Assembly: GCF_964204645.1 (NCBI RefSeq)
Contig: NC_134029.1
Span: 15,370,950-15,434,949, forward strand
Source: Tubulanus polymorphus
Lineage: Eukaryota; Animalia; Nemertea
Direction: 5' to 3'
DNA length: 64,000 nt
Shown: positions 1 to 11,213 of the stretch, one piece after another
Numbering within the stretch: the first letter of the stretch is position 1
Layout: each line of letters opens with the position of its first letter
Translations under genes and position numbers: made by a program
The notes under the pieces: model-generated
Told to the model about the DNA's origin: nothing
The model's input: the letters and a program-made list of their open reading frames with translations, nothing else
Databases searched by the model: none

Positions 1-290
1 TGATATTCTGAGCGAGGGAAGCATTTCGATCACTTCTAGTCACATAGCCGAAATTTGCAAAACCATCGGTCATGCATGTGGTAAAACCCGGGAACTTCCA
101 GATGAATTTGAACACTATGCTGAATAAAATTAAATGTTTAACAAACCTTTTGCTGGTGGGATCAAAGCCCAGTTATGGGATATGGACATGGTGTATACGT
201 ATGATATATAGAAATAAAACGAAATCGAAATTTAAGAATTATACTTTTTTTAAATTTAAATTCTAATTCAGTAGGAATCCATTCAATTTT

Positions 291-1513
291 CCGGTAATAA
301 AATGCAATCCAGGTTAAAAATTAGACTTCGAGAAAAATGTCAATGCTTCAATTTCAACTTTCTCCGAAAGTGTATCATTATGCATTTTAAGAGTTCGAAA
401 TGTTCGAAAAGTTATTTCATTATGCATTCTAAGAACTCGAACAGCCATCTTTGTATCTCATACGGAAACGCTTTATTCCCGAACGTTTTATTGGCGGTCA
501 ATGGAATAGAAATGTCTTTCCATGGTATTTAAAACAAAATGATAATTTCTCAAATTTAACAATTAAAAATCGAATTTCAGTCAAATTTTAAGTTGATTTG
601 GTTTTTGGGAGGACTTGCAACATGAAAATTTATCTTAGGTTGCAATGAATTAAAACCTGTCAGCTGCATCACATAAACACTAAGGCAGTTACTCTCCCGC
701 CCAACCCCTACTTGGATTGTTCTAGTCACCCAAAGATAAAATTGAGTCTATACGGGGTTGAATTGACCTACTCACGCTGATCATTAACCGGTAATAAAAC
801 GCAATCCAGGTTAAAAATTTGACTTCGAGAAAAATGTCAATGCTTCAATTTCAACTTTCTCCGAAAGTGTATCATTATGCATTTTAAGAGTTCGAAATGT
901 TCGAAAAGTTATTTCATTATGCATTTTAAGAACTCGAACAGCCATCTTTGTATCTCATACGGAAACGCTTTATTCCCGAACGTTTCATTGGCGGTCAATG
1001 GAATAGAAATGTCTTTCCATGGTATTTAAAACAAAATGATAATTTCTGAAATTTAACAATTTAAAATCGAATTTCGGTCAAATTTTAAGTTGATTTGGTT
1101 TTTGGGAGGACTTGCAACATGAAAATTTATCTTAGGTTGAGTGGAATCGCTTTCTCGCCCCAATGAAGGCATATGCTTGGATTACAAGTTCATTTAAATT
1201 TCATTCAGTATAAACCTTCAATCAGCCAAAAACCTTTGAATCCAATTCAATCCAATTATATTCGGCAAAATCGCCCAGTCCAATGCATATCAATTCTTTT
1301 TCCCACCAAATGTACAATTCACTTCTAATTCGGCTGGATGATAATTTCTAAAATTTGCACGCCTTGCAATGAATTAAAACCTGTCAGCTGCATCACATAA
1401 GCACTAAGGCAGTTACTCTCCCGCCCAACCCCTACTTGGATTGTTCTAGTCAGCCAAAGATAAAATTGAGTCTATACGGGGTTGAATTGACCTACTCACG
1501 CTGATCATTAACC
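291..1513 (+). repeat. Tandem duplication, offset 497 bp; copy 1 lacks ~220 bp present in copy 2
   Basis: ccggtaataaaa.gcaatccagg at 291 and 788. Both copies end ...ctcacgctgatcattaacc. Confidence 0.9.
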
Positions 1514-1602
1514 CCCAAGCTATCTTTTAGTCAATTAAAATAGTGGGTGCAACATTTTTCTTCAGATCCAAGGTAAAATTTGGATAAACAAGGTTGCCCC
1601 TC

Positions 1603-1758
1603 AGTAGTAATAGGGAATATGTTGTTCTGGATCAAAGGTCGAACGGTCGTGTGAGTAAAAAATTAAAATAAATCCTCGCAAGCTCGAATTTATTTTGATT
1701 TTTTACTCACTCGACCATTCAACCTTTGATCTAGAACAACATATTCCCTATCACTCTT
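1603..1758. repeat. ~155 bp imperfect palindrome (terminal hairpin)
   Basis: AGTAGTAATAGGGAATATGTTGTTCTGGATCAAAGGT...AAATAAAT pairs with ATTTATTT...ACCTTTGATCTAGAACAACATATTCCCTATCACT around the loop CCTCGCAAGCTCGA. Confidence 0.92.
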
Positions 1759-2053
1759 AGATATTCATGTTTTAAAAGTGAGAGTAAAATGTTAACAGAA
1801 TAATCTAGAAAAATAAGATCGAATATAGATTTCGAATGATAAATTCTTATTTTTAACATAAAAAGTGTGAGTAAAGTGTGAGTGAAATAATTCATATTTA
1901 AAACAGTGAATATTTATATTTATATGAGTTAGATTCTAATTTTTAAGCATAAAAAGTGTGAGTAAAGTGTGAGAGAAATAATTCATATTTAAATCATTGA
2001 ATATTTATATTTATAGGTGTTAGATTCATTGTAATAAAAGTTTTGTTATTTAA

Positions 2054-2689
2054 ATGAAGAAAGAAGAAGAACCCAACTTCAAAATCGAAATCAATGAAAC
2101 AGATAAATTATTTTCACAGTTCAACATTAGAAATCATATTTCAGCAACAAATTTAGTGTCCGCAAGACATTATAAAATTGAAAATATTACTGTAATTAAT
2201 GAAGTATTATCAAATGAAACATATTTAATTACTGAACTAATTGATATTTTGATAATGGCGTTAAAAATCCTAAAATATTTAATACATTTTTAAATTTTAA
2301 AGGAACTTTAGATGAAAACATGATAAATATTCTTCAAACTCCTTTTAATGAAAGAAATGATGATTTAATACATTCAAAAGATTATAATGATTTGATTAAC
2401 TTAAGAATTGAAAAAAGACAATTATATTATTTTACTTTTAATAATAAACAAATTTTCTATTCATGAAAATTCATCAAATATTGGTATTCAATGTGATTCA
2501 GATAATGAAAAATTATTCAAAGATATTGCAGTTGAACGTAATTTAGATGATGAAATTAGAAAATTCAATCCTAATGAAAAAGTACATTGTGATTGTGGAG
2601 GTAAATATTTAAGATCACATAAATCAAAACATTATCAGACAATTAAACATATCGAATATGAAAAGAATAATAAATATGTATTGAAATAA
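2054..2689 (+). pseudogene. Frameshifted virus-like ORF with C-terminal zinc finger
   Basis: ORF pieces 2054-2293 and 2408-2689, ending KVHCDCGGKYLRSHKSKHYQTIKH. A related fragment lies at ~28930-29095. Confidence 0.55.
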
Positions 2690-2786
2690 GATTAAGCTGT
2701 ATGTTTAAAATATCATAACTCAAAAATGATAATTCAACTCTAAATATTTAATATTTTATAAACTGTCTAATTTTTCTCTTAAATAA

Positions 2787-2990
2787 ATGGAAGGTTTCAG
2801 CATTCCAATTGGGAAAAGTGATTTGAAACATTATTTAGTTGCTGGAGGGTTAATATTAGCTGCGCTATACTTTTATTATGAAAATATTTCAAAAGATTTG
2901 ATGAATGAAAATATTAAATTGAGCAAGAAATTAAAGAAGTTAAATGGAAATAGAAATAACAATAAAAAAGTTAATGATTTAAAAGAATGA
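2787..2990 (+). CDS. Small predicted membrane protein of segment A (67 aa)
   Basis: TAAATG start; hydrophobic YLVAGGLILAALYFYY followed by a basic, coiled-coil-like tail. Confidence 0.4.
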   Translation: MEGFSIPIGKSDLKHYLVAGGLILAALYFYYENISKDLMNENIKLSKKLKKLNGNRNNNKKVNDLKE

Positions 2991-3044
2991 GAGGATTAAA
3001 ACAGAATTTTAATTCAATTTATTTTATATATTTTAACTATAAAA

Positions 3045-3350
3045 ATGAGTGAAAATAAGGTATTAGAAATATTACACCTAATATATAAAAATCAACAGAA
3101 TATTAAATCAATTATTATGCTTTCAGGTTTATTTTCTTTTTTAATTTACTCATTGAAACAGTTGTTAGAATTCAATGATAAATGCAAAATTAGATACGCT
3201 GAACTAAAAGAAAATATAAATTATCTATCAGATCGAATAAATAATATTAAGTGTTGTGAAGTATGTAGTAAAAGGTATAAAAATTTAAAGAGTTTGAGGA
3301 ATCATAAATATATTCACGAGCTTAACAATAAACTGTATAATTCAAATTAA
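3045..3350 (+). CDS. Small C2H2 zinc-finger protein of segment A (101 aa)
   Basis: CEVCSKRYKNLKSLRNHKYIH C2H2 motif after a hydrophobic stretch. Confidence 0.5.
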   Translation: MSENKVLEILHLIYKNQQNIKSIIMLSGLFSFLIYSLKQLLEFNDKCKIRYAELKENINYLSDRINNIKCCEVCSKRYKNLKSLRNHKYIHELNNKLYNSN

Positions 3351-3479
3351 GTTTCTTAACGATATTTTAATAGAAATATCTATAATAAATGGAACAGCCG
3401 CAAACTATAAACATTACGCATTGTAAAACTTGTAGTAAACTACACGTTAAACAATATTTTAGAAATAATATTGAAACAC

Positions 3480-3496
3480 TAATAATAATAATAATG

Positions 3497-3550
<54 letters not shown>

Positions 3551-3955
3551 GTAATAGTAATAGTAATAGTAACATCAACAACAACAGCAACAGCAATAGC
3601 AATTGCAATTGCAATTGTAATGGCATTGTAATCGTAATTGTAATCGTAATTGAATTATGATTGTAATTGTAATTGAATTATAATTGTAATTGTAATTATA
3701 ATTATAATTATAATAATTATAATAATTATAATTATAATTATAATTATAATAATAATTATCATTGTCATTGTCATTGTCATTGTCATTGTCATTGCCATTG
3801 CCATTGCCATTGCCATTGCCATTGCCATTGCCATTGCCATTGCCATTGCCATTGCCATTGCCATTGCCATTGCCATTGCCATTGCCATTGCCATTGCCAT
3901 TACCATTACCATTACCATTATCATCATCATTATCATCATCATTATTATTATTATA
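3480..3955. repeat. Compound microsatellite (AAT)n/(AATTGT)n/(CATTGC)n/(CAT)n
   Basis: Seen directly in the sequence. Confidence 0.97.
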
Positions 3956-4105
3956 TTTATTTCTTATATACCGTGCTCCGTATACATTTCAGTGCGGTAT
4001 ACAAATAAACAAGGCTATAAAAACAAATTAGAACTGTCAATTAAAATATTGCCTAAAAAGAAAAGTTTTCAGCTCAAATTTAAAAGTAACTACATCACTG
4101 CAGGA

Positions 4106-4340
4106 TCACTGAGGCAGTTGGGTGTTAAATCCGACAGAATTTAGTAAAATCGTATTAGTGGATCGTAAGGATCTGGTAGGAGTATATAATGTGATTAGAT
4201 AACAAATGTAACTTGGTGGCAAATCATTCAATACTTTAAAAACCATGAGCAGAACTTTGAAATCAATGCGTATAGCGACTGTAAGCCAGTGTAGGTCAGC
4301 AAGTATTGGAGTAATCGAGACAAATTTTTTGATCTTGTGA
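4106..4340 (-). mobile_element. LINE (L2/CR1 group) ORF2 C-terminal remnant
   Basis: ITPILADLHWL.V..RIDFKVLLMVFKVLN.L.PSY....T.Y.P.RSLRS, the typical L2-clade ORF2 tail. Confidence 0.85.
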
Positions 4341-5057
4341 CAAGTCCAAGGCATATTGAGATTTTCGACACGCAGCAAATCGTTAATTTCCAAAGGTTGC
4401 TAGTAGTCATTGACACCATATAGATTAGGTTAGATATACATAATTTTTGGTCGACCGATGGCTGAATGAGTGGCCGATCTGCTTTTCCTATTTGTATGGA
4501 AATTCCAGTGTTGAATTATATCATCTAATTCCTCCTGTAAAAGGCCCTTCTGTGTTATTTCTACACAGAAAAATGGCCGCCATCGACAAAAATGGTGAAT
4601 ACAGATATAAGTTACTTTTCTGTGTGATTTTTTCGCGCAGAAAAATGGTCGTCATCGAGAAAAATGGTGAATATTGATATAAGCCATTTTTCTCTGTGAT
4701 TTTGCTCACACAGACAATTGATTTTATTTAGAATAATTATGTTTTTGGGAGCTACAAAAAAAAGATAAATATAATTGACGTCAGGATGCTGCCATACTAC
4801 ACACACATTATAGGCGTAAGGTTTATTCGTTTTTTCCTACTCGATCCCAACTGAACTCACGATTACGCATCATTGTTCTCATCATAACTGTATTCATTTT
4901 TACGTAAATCTTCTAATCTTGAGAAATTTGTTTGTGATAATGACCATACTTTTTCCTGTCCCCAATATTGCAAGTAAGGGTTTTCTGGTGATGAGGTACA
5001 TTTGTGTCCGTACATTTACCACGGTAATATTACTGTAATGTGCATTCCGTTTTTTAG

Positions 5058-5210
5058 ATGAGCGCAGATCAAAATGTTTTTTGTACGTTAACAACGGAAT
5101 TTGTAGCCACCAAACATTAGGATTACATAAAATGTCGGTGTGCTGTTGTAGTAAAACGGTTGGAAGAGGTTGGGGTGAATATTGTGAACCGTGTCCAGCA
5201 AGAGGAACAG
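5058..5210 (+). CDS. FBN: Fibrillin exon: TB (8-Cys) domain, first part (TB3-equivalent)
   Basis: tttttag acceptor and G|gtaata donor. Translates (D)ERRSKCFLYVNNGICSHQTLGLHKMSVCCCSKTVGRGWGEYCEPCP, with the CCC triplet and WG..CE.CP motif of TB domains. Confidence 0.93.
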
Positions 5211-5281
5211 GTAATATCTTGGGAAGGAAATGTTCTGTATGGCACCCTATCCTGGCAAATATATCGTACTCTTACAATTTA

Positions 5282-5964
5282 TTTGCAATGAAGAAGTCTC
5301 CAGTTTCTAGGCGCCATTTTGTGGCGGTCCCCCGGGGTCCCATTGTTGCGATAATTTGCGCACATTTATAAAACATAAGTTTAAATTGAATATCATATTT
5401 AAGCACCATTTTAAAGGAAATGAAATGCAGATATTTGCTGGCGATTCATGGATTTTTCGAATGCAACAATTGAGAACAGAGACGATGTGAACACCAAGGA
5501 CCGCATAACATAACCGCACGTTAAAGAAATCGTGATATCTATCAATTTTGAAATATCTAAGCATCTCTAAAAGCTATATTTCCAATTCTTTACAGAGGTT
5601 AAAGAGGGTTATTTGCAGATTGGGCATGGGTTGAATTTCTTTGAATATCTTTATTGACGACTGATCTGTAACCGCTTGAGTTTGAGACTATAACGCGCGG
5701 TTAAGATATGCGGTCCTTGGTTTCACATCGTCACTGTTCTCAATTGCTGCGTTCAAAAAATCCAAGAATCACCATCAAATATATGCATTTCATTTCCTTT
5801 AAAATGGTGTATAGATTAAGTTCATCGAGCTATGGACTGTAGAGCAATATGATATTCAACCTAAACTTATGTTTTAAAAATGAGCACAAATTATGGCAAC
5901 AATGGGGACCTCGAGGGACCGCCACAAAATAGCGCCTAGAAACAGGAAACTTCTTTATTGCAAA
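5282..5964. mobile_element. Foldback/MITE with ~300 bp imperfect inverted arms
   Basis: tttgcaatgaagaagt..ctaggcgccattttgtggcggtccc at the left end; its reverse complement gggaccgccacaaaatagcgcctag..acttctttattgcaaa at the right end. Confidence 0.85.
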
Positions 5965-6646
5965 CCCAACCACAATCATACAATGTTAATTTAAAGTGAG
6001 GAACTCGTGTCACCAGTTAGTCCGTTAAATGGCTTGTGTGCATGACAACTCTATCAACATCAGTTAATTATAACATTCATCTCAGTTGTAAGCCTCCGCG
6101 TACAACATTGGGCAAATCACCCCTCTGTTGGTGAACTCGTGTGGATCTGAAGGGTTCATATGTAGCAAGATCTTCTGGCAAGGAGAATTCCGAATAAACA
6201 CTATAGGCAATTAAATTGAAGTCGCTTGTTGACAGGAGGCGACAGTTTATTTACAGATGAAATACACAACCTGATTTAAATATTTGTTCTATACTGTAGC
6301 TGACTATTTGCTATCAAAACAGGCCCTTATGGGATTCATACGAAAGCTCAAGACAATTTATGAAAACGTCTTCAAAATTTCCATTAAAACTTTTGAGACA
6401 TGTGCAAAAGTGCTGTAAACCGTACATCAAAGTATTTTGAAAATTCCTACGAAAACTACATTATGTCTGTAGGCGGACAGACAGAGGTACGAAAATGAGC
6501 GCAATAGCCCACTGGGACAAAAGTGTCAAGTGAGCCAAAAAGTCATGACCTTTTTACCCCTAATACGAGGAGAGATTGTATGGAATTAATGGGTTGGTTT
6601 TGTTTGCAGATATTCTCTGAAATTTTTCGTCATTAAGAATACATTT

Positions 6647-7157
6647 AGGTAACATCAACTGGGACTGAGGCAACAGCATTCAATAAAAATCAATATCAAT
6701 TAAACATCCTTTGCTCTCACATCTTTAAAAGTATTATAATCGAAGTACCGGCACATTTCAAAAAACTACAAATACAGTCAATTCCGCAAAACAACATACG
6801 CCGGACGCGTTTGGTTTATCCGTCACGTGGTAGTTTTAGCTTCCCGGGGAAGTTTAAAGTTACCTGCTCCGAGATTCGCTCACTTTGAACTTCGCCGGGA
6901 AAGCCCAAACCATCACGTGACGGTTAATTCGTACGCGTCTGATTGATCCCTGGGTATACTCAGACTTACTCGGAGTAGATAATCGAACGCGCTAGTTGGT
7001 AACATCAACTGGTACTGAGGAAACTGCATTCAATAAAATCTATATCAATTAAGTATTGTCATTGCTCTCACATCTATAAAAGTATTATATTCGAGGTACC
7101 GGTCAGGCACATTTCACAAAACTACAAAACAGTTAATTTCGCAAAACAACATTTCCG
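6647..7157. repeat. ~150 bp direct repeats flanking a ~135 bp hairpin element
   Basis: ggtaacatcaactgg..actgagg at ~6648 and ~6998; palindrome acgcgt..ccgtcacgtg...cacgtgacgg..acgcgt at ~6806-6938. Confidence 0.75.
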
Positions 7158-7208
7158 CTGTTTCTCTGTAAAAAACGAGATTATAAATGACTCCATCTGT
7201 TTTGCTAG

Positions 7209-7268
7209 ATTCATTTAGAGAACTTTGTACTGGAGGGGACGGAATGTTGCCTTTTCCTGAACGAGAAG
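7209..7268 (+). CDS. FBN: Fibrillin exon: end of TB domain plus linker
   Basis: tttgctag acceptor and G|gtaggt donor; 60 nt, phase 1-1. (D)SFRELCTGGDGMLPFPERE supplies the 8th TB cysteine. Confidence 0.88.
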
Positions 7269-7361
7269 GTAGGTGTTGTAATTCTTTCACCAGCAGCACT
7301 TATCAGTAATTTTGTGATGAAAAGGGTATTTTCAAAGGTTTCCTTATAATTGTTTGTTTAG

Positions 7362-7487
7362 ACATAGATGAATGTAAAACCTTCCCTTCCTTGTGTTCAA
7401 ATGGAAGGTGCATCAATTCGATCCCTGGATTTGAATGCAAATGTAAACCCGGCTATGGTGTCGATGATAACGAAAGAAACTGCACAG
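7362..7487 (+). CDS. FBN: Fibrillin exon: cbEGF (FBN1 cbEGF11-like)
   Basis: 126 nt, AG/GT. DIDECKTFPSLCSNGRCINSIPGFECKCKPGYGVDDNERNCT. Confidence 0.96.
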
Positions 7488-7949
7488 GTAAAGACTTCTC
7501 ATAGAATTAACAGTTAATGACAATTTAAACATAACAAATGGTAAGTTAAGGGCCAATTTCAGCATGAATGTAAATAAGCAATTCTATCCCTCTGTCATTT
7601 TACCTATTTCAGTACATGAAAGTACATGTAACGATTCGAATTCGCACGCCATGTTTCAGTACACAAAAATACATAATGATTTTGATTCACAATGTCCCAA
7701 TCACCCTAGCCATTGGGGCTAAAATGCTTACAATATCATTTTAAAATAATTTTTGAATTTCCATGTACCTCTATCTCTCTAACTCTTTGTTGTTCCTATT
7801 CCGAGGTTAACTCAGTCCAAACTCTAATCTAACCGTACCATTAATCATAATCCGAAAAAAACTACATACACTGGGATAGATCGGGGACAAATGAATTTCA
7901 TTCAATTAATTTCTATCTTACATACACATGCGTAAATAACTTTTTACAG

Positions 7950-8075
7950 ATATTGATGAATGCACAATTTCGACTGAGGTCTGTGGAAATGGATCGTGTC
8001 TCAATATCCCTGGTTCATTTCGATGCAAATGCCATGCAGGATTTGAAAGTACTGCAATGATGCAAATGTGTATGG
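7950..8075 (+). CDS. FBN: Fibrillin exon: cbEGF (FBN1 cbEGF12-like)
   Basis: 126 nt, ttacag/gtaagc. [42 protein letters not shown] keeps the characteristic ES..MM..CM ending. Confidence 0.96.
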
Positions 8076-8831
8076 GTAAGCAAAAGAGCTTGTTTTGGTC
8101 CTAGAATCTTGGTGTCCGGAGGCAACCGAATATTAGCATCCGTGTGTGGTGAAAAATGGCGTCAATAGTTAGGTAACCCTCAAAGAACGAAACACCCTTA
8201 ATTAGTCAATAGGTACAGTAACACGTAGTCACTGAAAATGTATTCCTTCAACATTTTCAGTTCGTGTAGGCTAAATACATCTTCCCCGCTGAACCTGCAT
8301 CAACTGACGCTACAGATTGATTATAACCTCAAAGGAATTGTTACAGTTGTAGGCTCATAATGTCTGGTGGTAGGAATGTCCGGGACGGGCCCAGGGGGTT
8401 GGTTTCTATACAAGTTACGGCATTTCGCGTGGAACCGCCGCACACACACGCACTAGTCAAACTTTGCAACTATTTTCTGGGTAAATGCAATCAAATATTG
8501 TGCTTGAAAGACTGTACGGTAATCATATTTTACTGGAAAATATGACTCGACTCCAGAACAAGTAAAAGTAGAATCTTGCGCAGAATCTAATCACATCGAA
8601 CTGGTATTTGAAATAAATCCGCCTGGACTATATTGGACTGATTTTGATCGTCGACTGATTTTACTCGTTGTCAACGTCTACAATCCTAATGTCGGCCGAT
8701 TCTACTCGTCGACAATGTCAACGATCTGATGGTCGACCGATTCTACTCGTCGACAATGTCTACTATCCCGATTGACTGTGAAAATCTACTGATGGAAGTA
8801 CACGGCCCCTCGATCCAAGCCATTTAATATA

Positions 8832-9126
8832 AGTGGGTAAATCACTGGACTACTACTGGATTTTTTTTTCGTTTGTATTCGAATCCCAATATTGCGATTC
8901 TGAGTGTCAACGTACTCACATAGGCTAACTTGCAGAAATCATCATACAGTCACGTACAGGTAACAACAGCGTTTTAAGTATTAAGTGAGTACGACAAGCC
9001 TATCATGCCTATGTACTACAAACACAACTGTTTCCCTCTCGTCGGCCCTACAGTGGTGTTACTATAACTGGTGCCATTATAACATGGATAGGATTTGGTC
9101 AGGACTAGCCTAAAGTCTAATTCAGT
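8832..9126 (+). mobile_element. tRNA-derived SINE-like repeat; inverted copy at ~22903-23198
   Basis: The two copies are similar over ~290 bp. The head reads GTGGCTCAGTGGGTAAATCACTGGACT...GGTTTCGAATCCC (A-box/B-box like). Confidence 0.65.
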
Positions 9127-10177
9127 GTATGTACTAATTCACTCGATAGGCCTATTTTTAAAAACAATACAGTGAAGTATTCACACGCAGAAAGGCTGTT
9201 TGATTTGAGCCATGTGATTAAATTTGGCCAGGCCTTCTCTGACCTGCTGACATTAATAGTCAAACCTAGATCCAAAACGTACATGTCGTCACGGCTTGTA
9301 TACCAGAAATCATTGTAGGGATGTAAATTTTGCTGTTCGTAGGTTTGGTATACCGATTTCTCCATTCTTGACTGATAAGTGTACGGTACAACTGTACGCA
9401 TTATACAATTGTTCCAATGGGAATAGGGCCTATTGATTGGGCTTATTATTTCCTGCTTTAGAATACTGAAATAAGCCTAACGTTCATTCAAATATCCAAC
9501 ATCGGTGAAAGTTTGATTTCTGTACACATGTACGGTAGGTTTTCATGTTGAATGAATATTTTGCAGTTCAAAAGGGTATGATGCTGATTCCGATGTCAAA
9601 CGCATGAAGTTAGATGGTCAAGGACAGTCAACACTAAGATATCTCTCTTCGACCGATACACCATAGCACCATAGAAGATCTGATTCTTTCAACTCATGCA
9701 AAGTGATTCAACACGATCGACATTACACTGGAATAGGTTTGCAGTAACTGACGGTTCATTTCATTTAGTCCTATGTACTTTTTAGCCAATTTGGATTTGA
9801 TTGTAATTGAAACTCTGGAACTGTTAACACAAGACAAGTGGGACAAGTTGAAAAAACACAAGTTATGCTTGATTCTCATGTTCAAATTTAATTCAAATTC
9901 AAATTTATTTTATTACATCATATTTACAAAGCATATCATTGGTTCATACAGTAATAAAAATTAGGACAGAACAAATATTATTACAGAATTTTCAAAAAGG
10001 CAATGAATTTCTATAACTAAATGAACATTATTTTTCTAATAACTTAGATCAAGAGTGGCTCTCCCATTTATTAGGAAACACACACAACTAGTGGAATAGG
10101 TTTGATTTACACACATGTTGCAGGTATCAATTGTTTATCACTATATAATTTGTAATCCATAAAAGCCAAAATCAACG

Positions 10178-11213
10178 TCAGCCGGAAACCCAGACCAAAT
10201 CAATTCATAATTTATTGATTGGATCTACACTACAATATATGTATTTATTCAAATATTTCAATAAAAACATTGACTTCTTAAATCTATTCAAAATCATAAT
10301 ACATTCTTGTCTGTAAATTCACTCAATCTATCGACTCAGCAGGTGCTTAAGATAAGTTCTTAATAGGACAGATCCATTTTTAAGCATAGTGATAATACAG
10401 TATCATGATGTTTGAATGCCAAAATAAATGCCTGGTCAAATAAATGCATAGACGGACGCCGGGCGCCGGGCGCTTTCAGTTTCCACCATAGAAATGTCAT
10501 TGGTTACATTATGGTTTCACGAGTTTTAAACCATTAAAAAAATGACACCTAAATCGAAAAAATAATTTTTTCAGCAGACATTGGTACCGAGACCTAATTT
10601 ATAAGAAATTTTTCAAGTTTTTTTCTCGCAAAAATTAAACAATTAAATTTAATTTGATCTTATAATATAAGATTAGAAAATTATGAGGTTTGATTCAGCC
10701 GGAAACCCAGACCAAATCAATTCATAATTTATTGATTGGATCTACACTACAATATATGTATTTATTCAAATATTTCAATAAAAACATTGACTTCTTAAAT
10801 CTATTCAAAATCATAATACATTCTTGTCTGTAAATTCACTCAATCTATCGACTCAGCAGGTGCTTAAGATAAGTTCTTAATAGGACAGATCCATTTTTAA
10901 GCATAGTGATAATACAGTATCATGATGTTTGAATGCCAAAATAAATGCCTGGTCAAATATATGCATAGACGGACGCCGGGCGCCGAGCGCTTTCAGTTTC
11001 CACCATAGAAATGTCATTGGTTACATTATGGTTTCACGAGTTTTAAACCATTAAAAAAATGACACCTAAATCGAAAAAATAATTTTTTCAGCAGACATTG
11101 GTACCGAGACCTAATTTATAAGAAATTTTTCAAGTTCTTTTCTCGCAAAAATTAAACAATTAAATTTAATTTGATCTTATAATATAAGATTAGAAAATTA
11201 TGAGGTTTGATTC
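10178..11213 (+). repeat. Near-perfect tandem duplication, period 517 bp
   Basis: tcagccggaaacccagacc at 10178 and 10695. Confidence 0.95.

Larger units (their letters stand above)
1603..3480 (+). mobile_element. Endogenous virus-like (Polinton-like) segment A: terminal hairpin, subterminal repeats, packed small ORFs
   Basis: Very AT-rich and intronless. Co-oriented ORFs at 2054, 2787, 3045 and 3389 start in A-rich (T)AAATG contexts. CxCG..Y..H...KH and C2H2 zinc fingers are present, and the terminus is shared with the penton-bearing segment. Confidence 0.6.

Noticed and set aside
3389-4031. Poly-I, (MA)n, (HC)n and (LP)n ORFs
   Set aside because: Microsatellite translations. Only the first ~30 codons of the ORF at 3389 may belong to the virus-like segment.
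5081-5371. Stand-alone ORFs at 5081, 29365 and 50513 in the track
   Set aside because: They overlap fibrillin exons and either read into introns or use the wrong frame.
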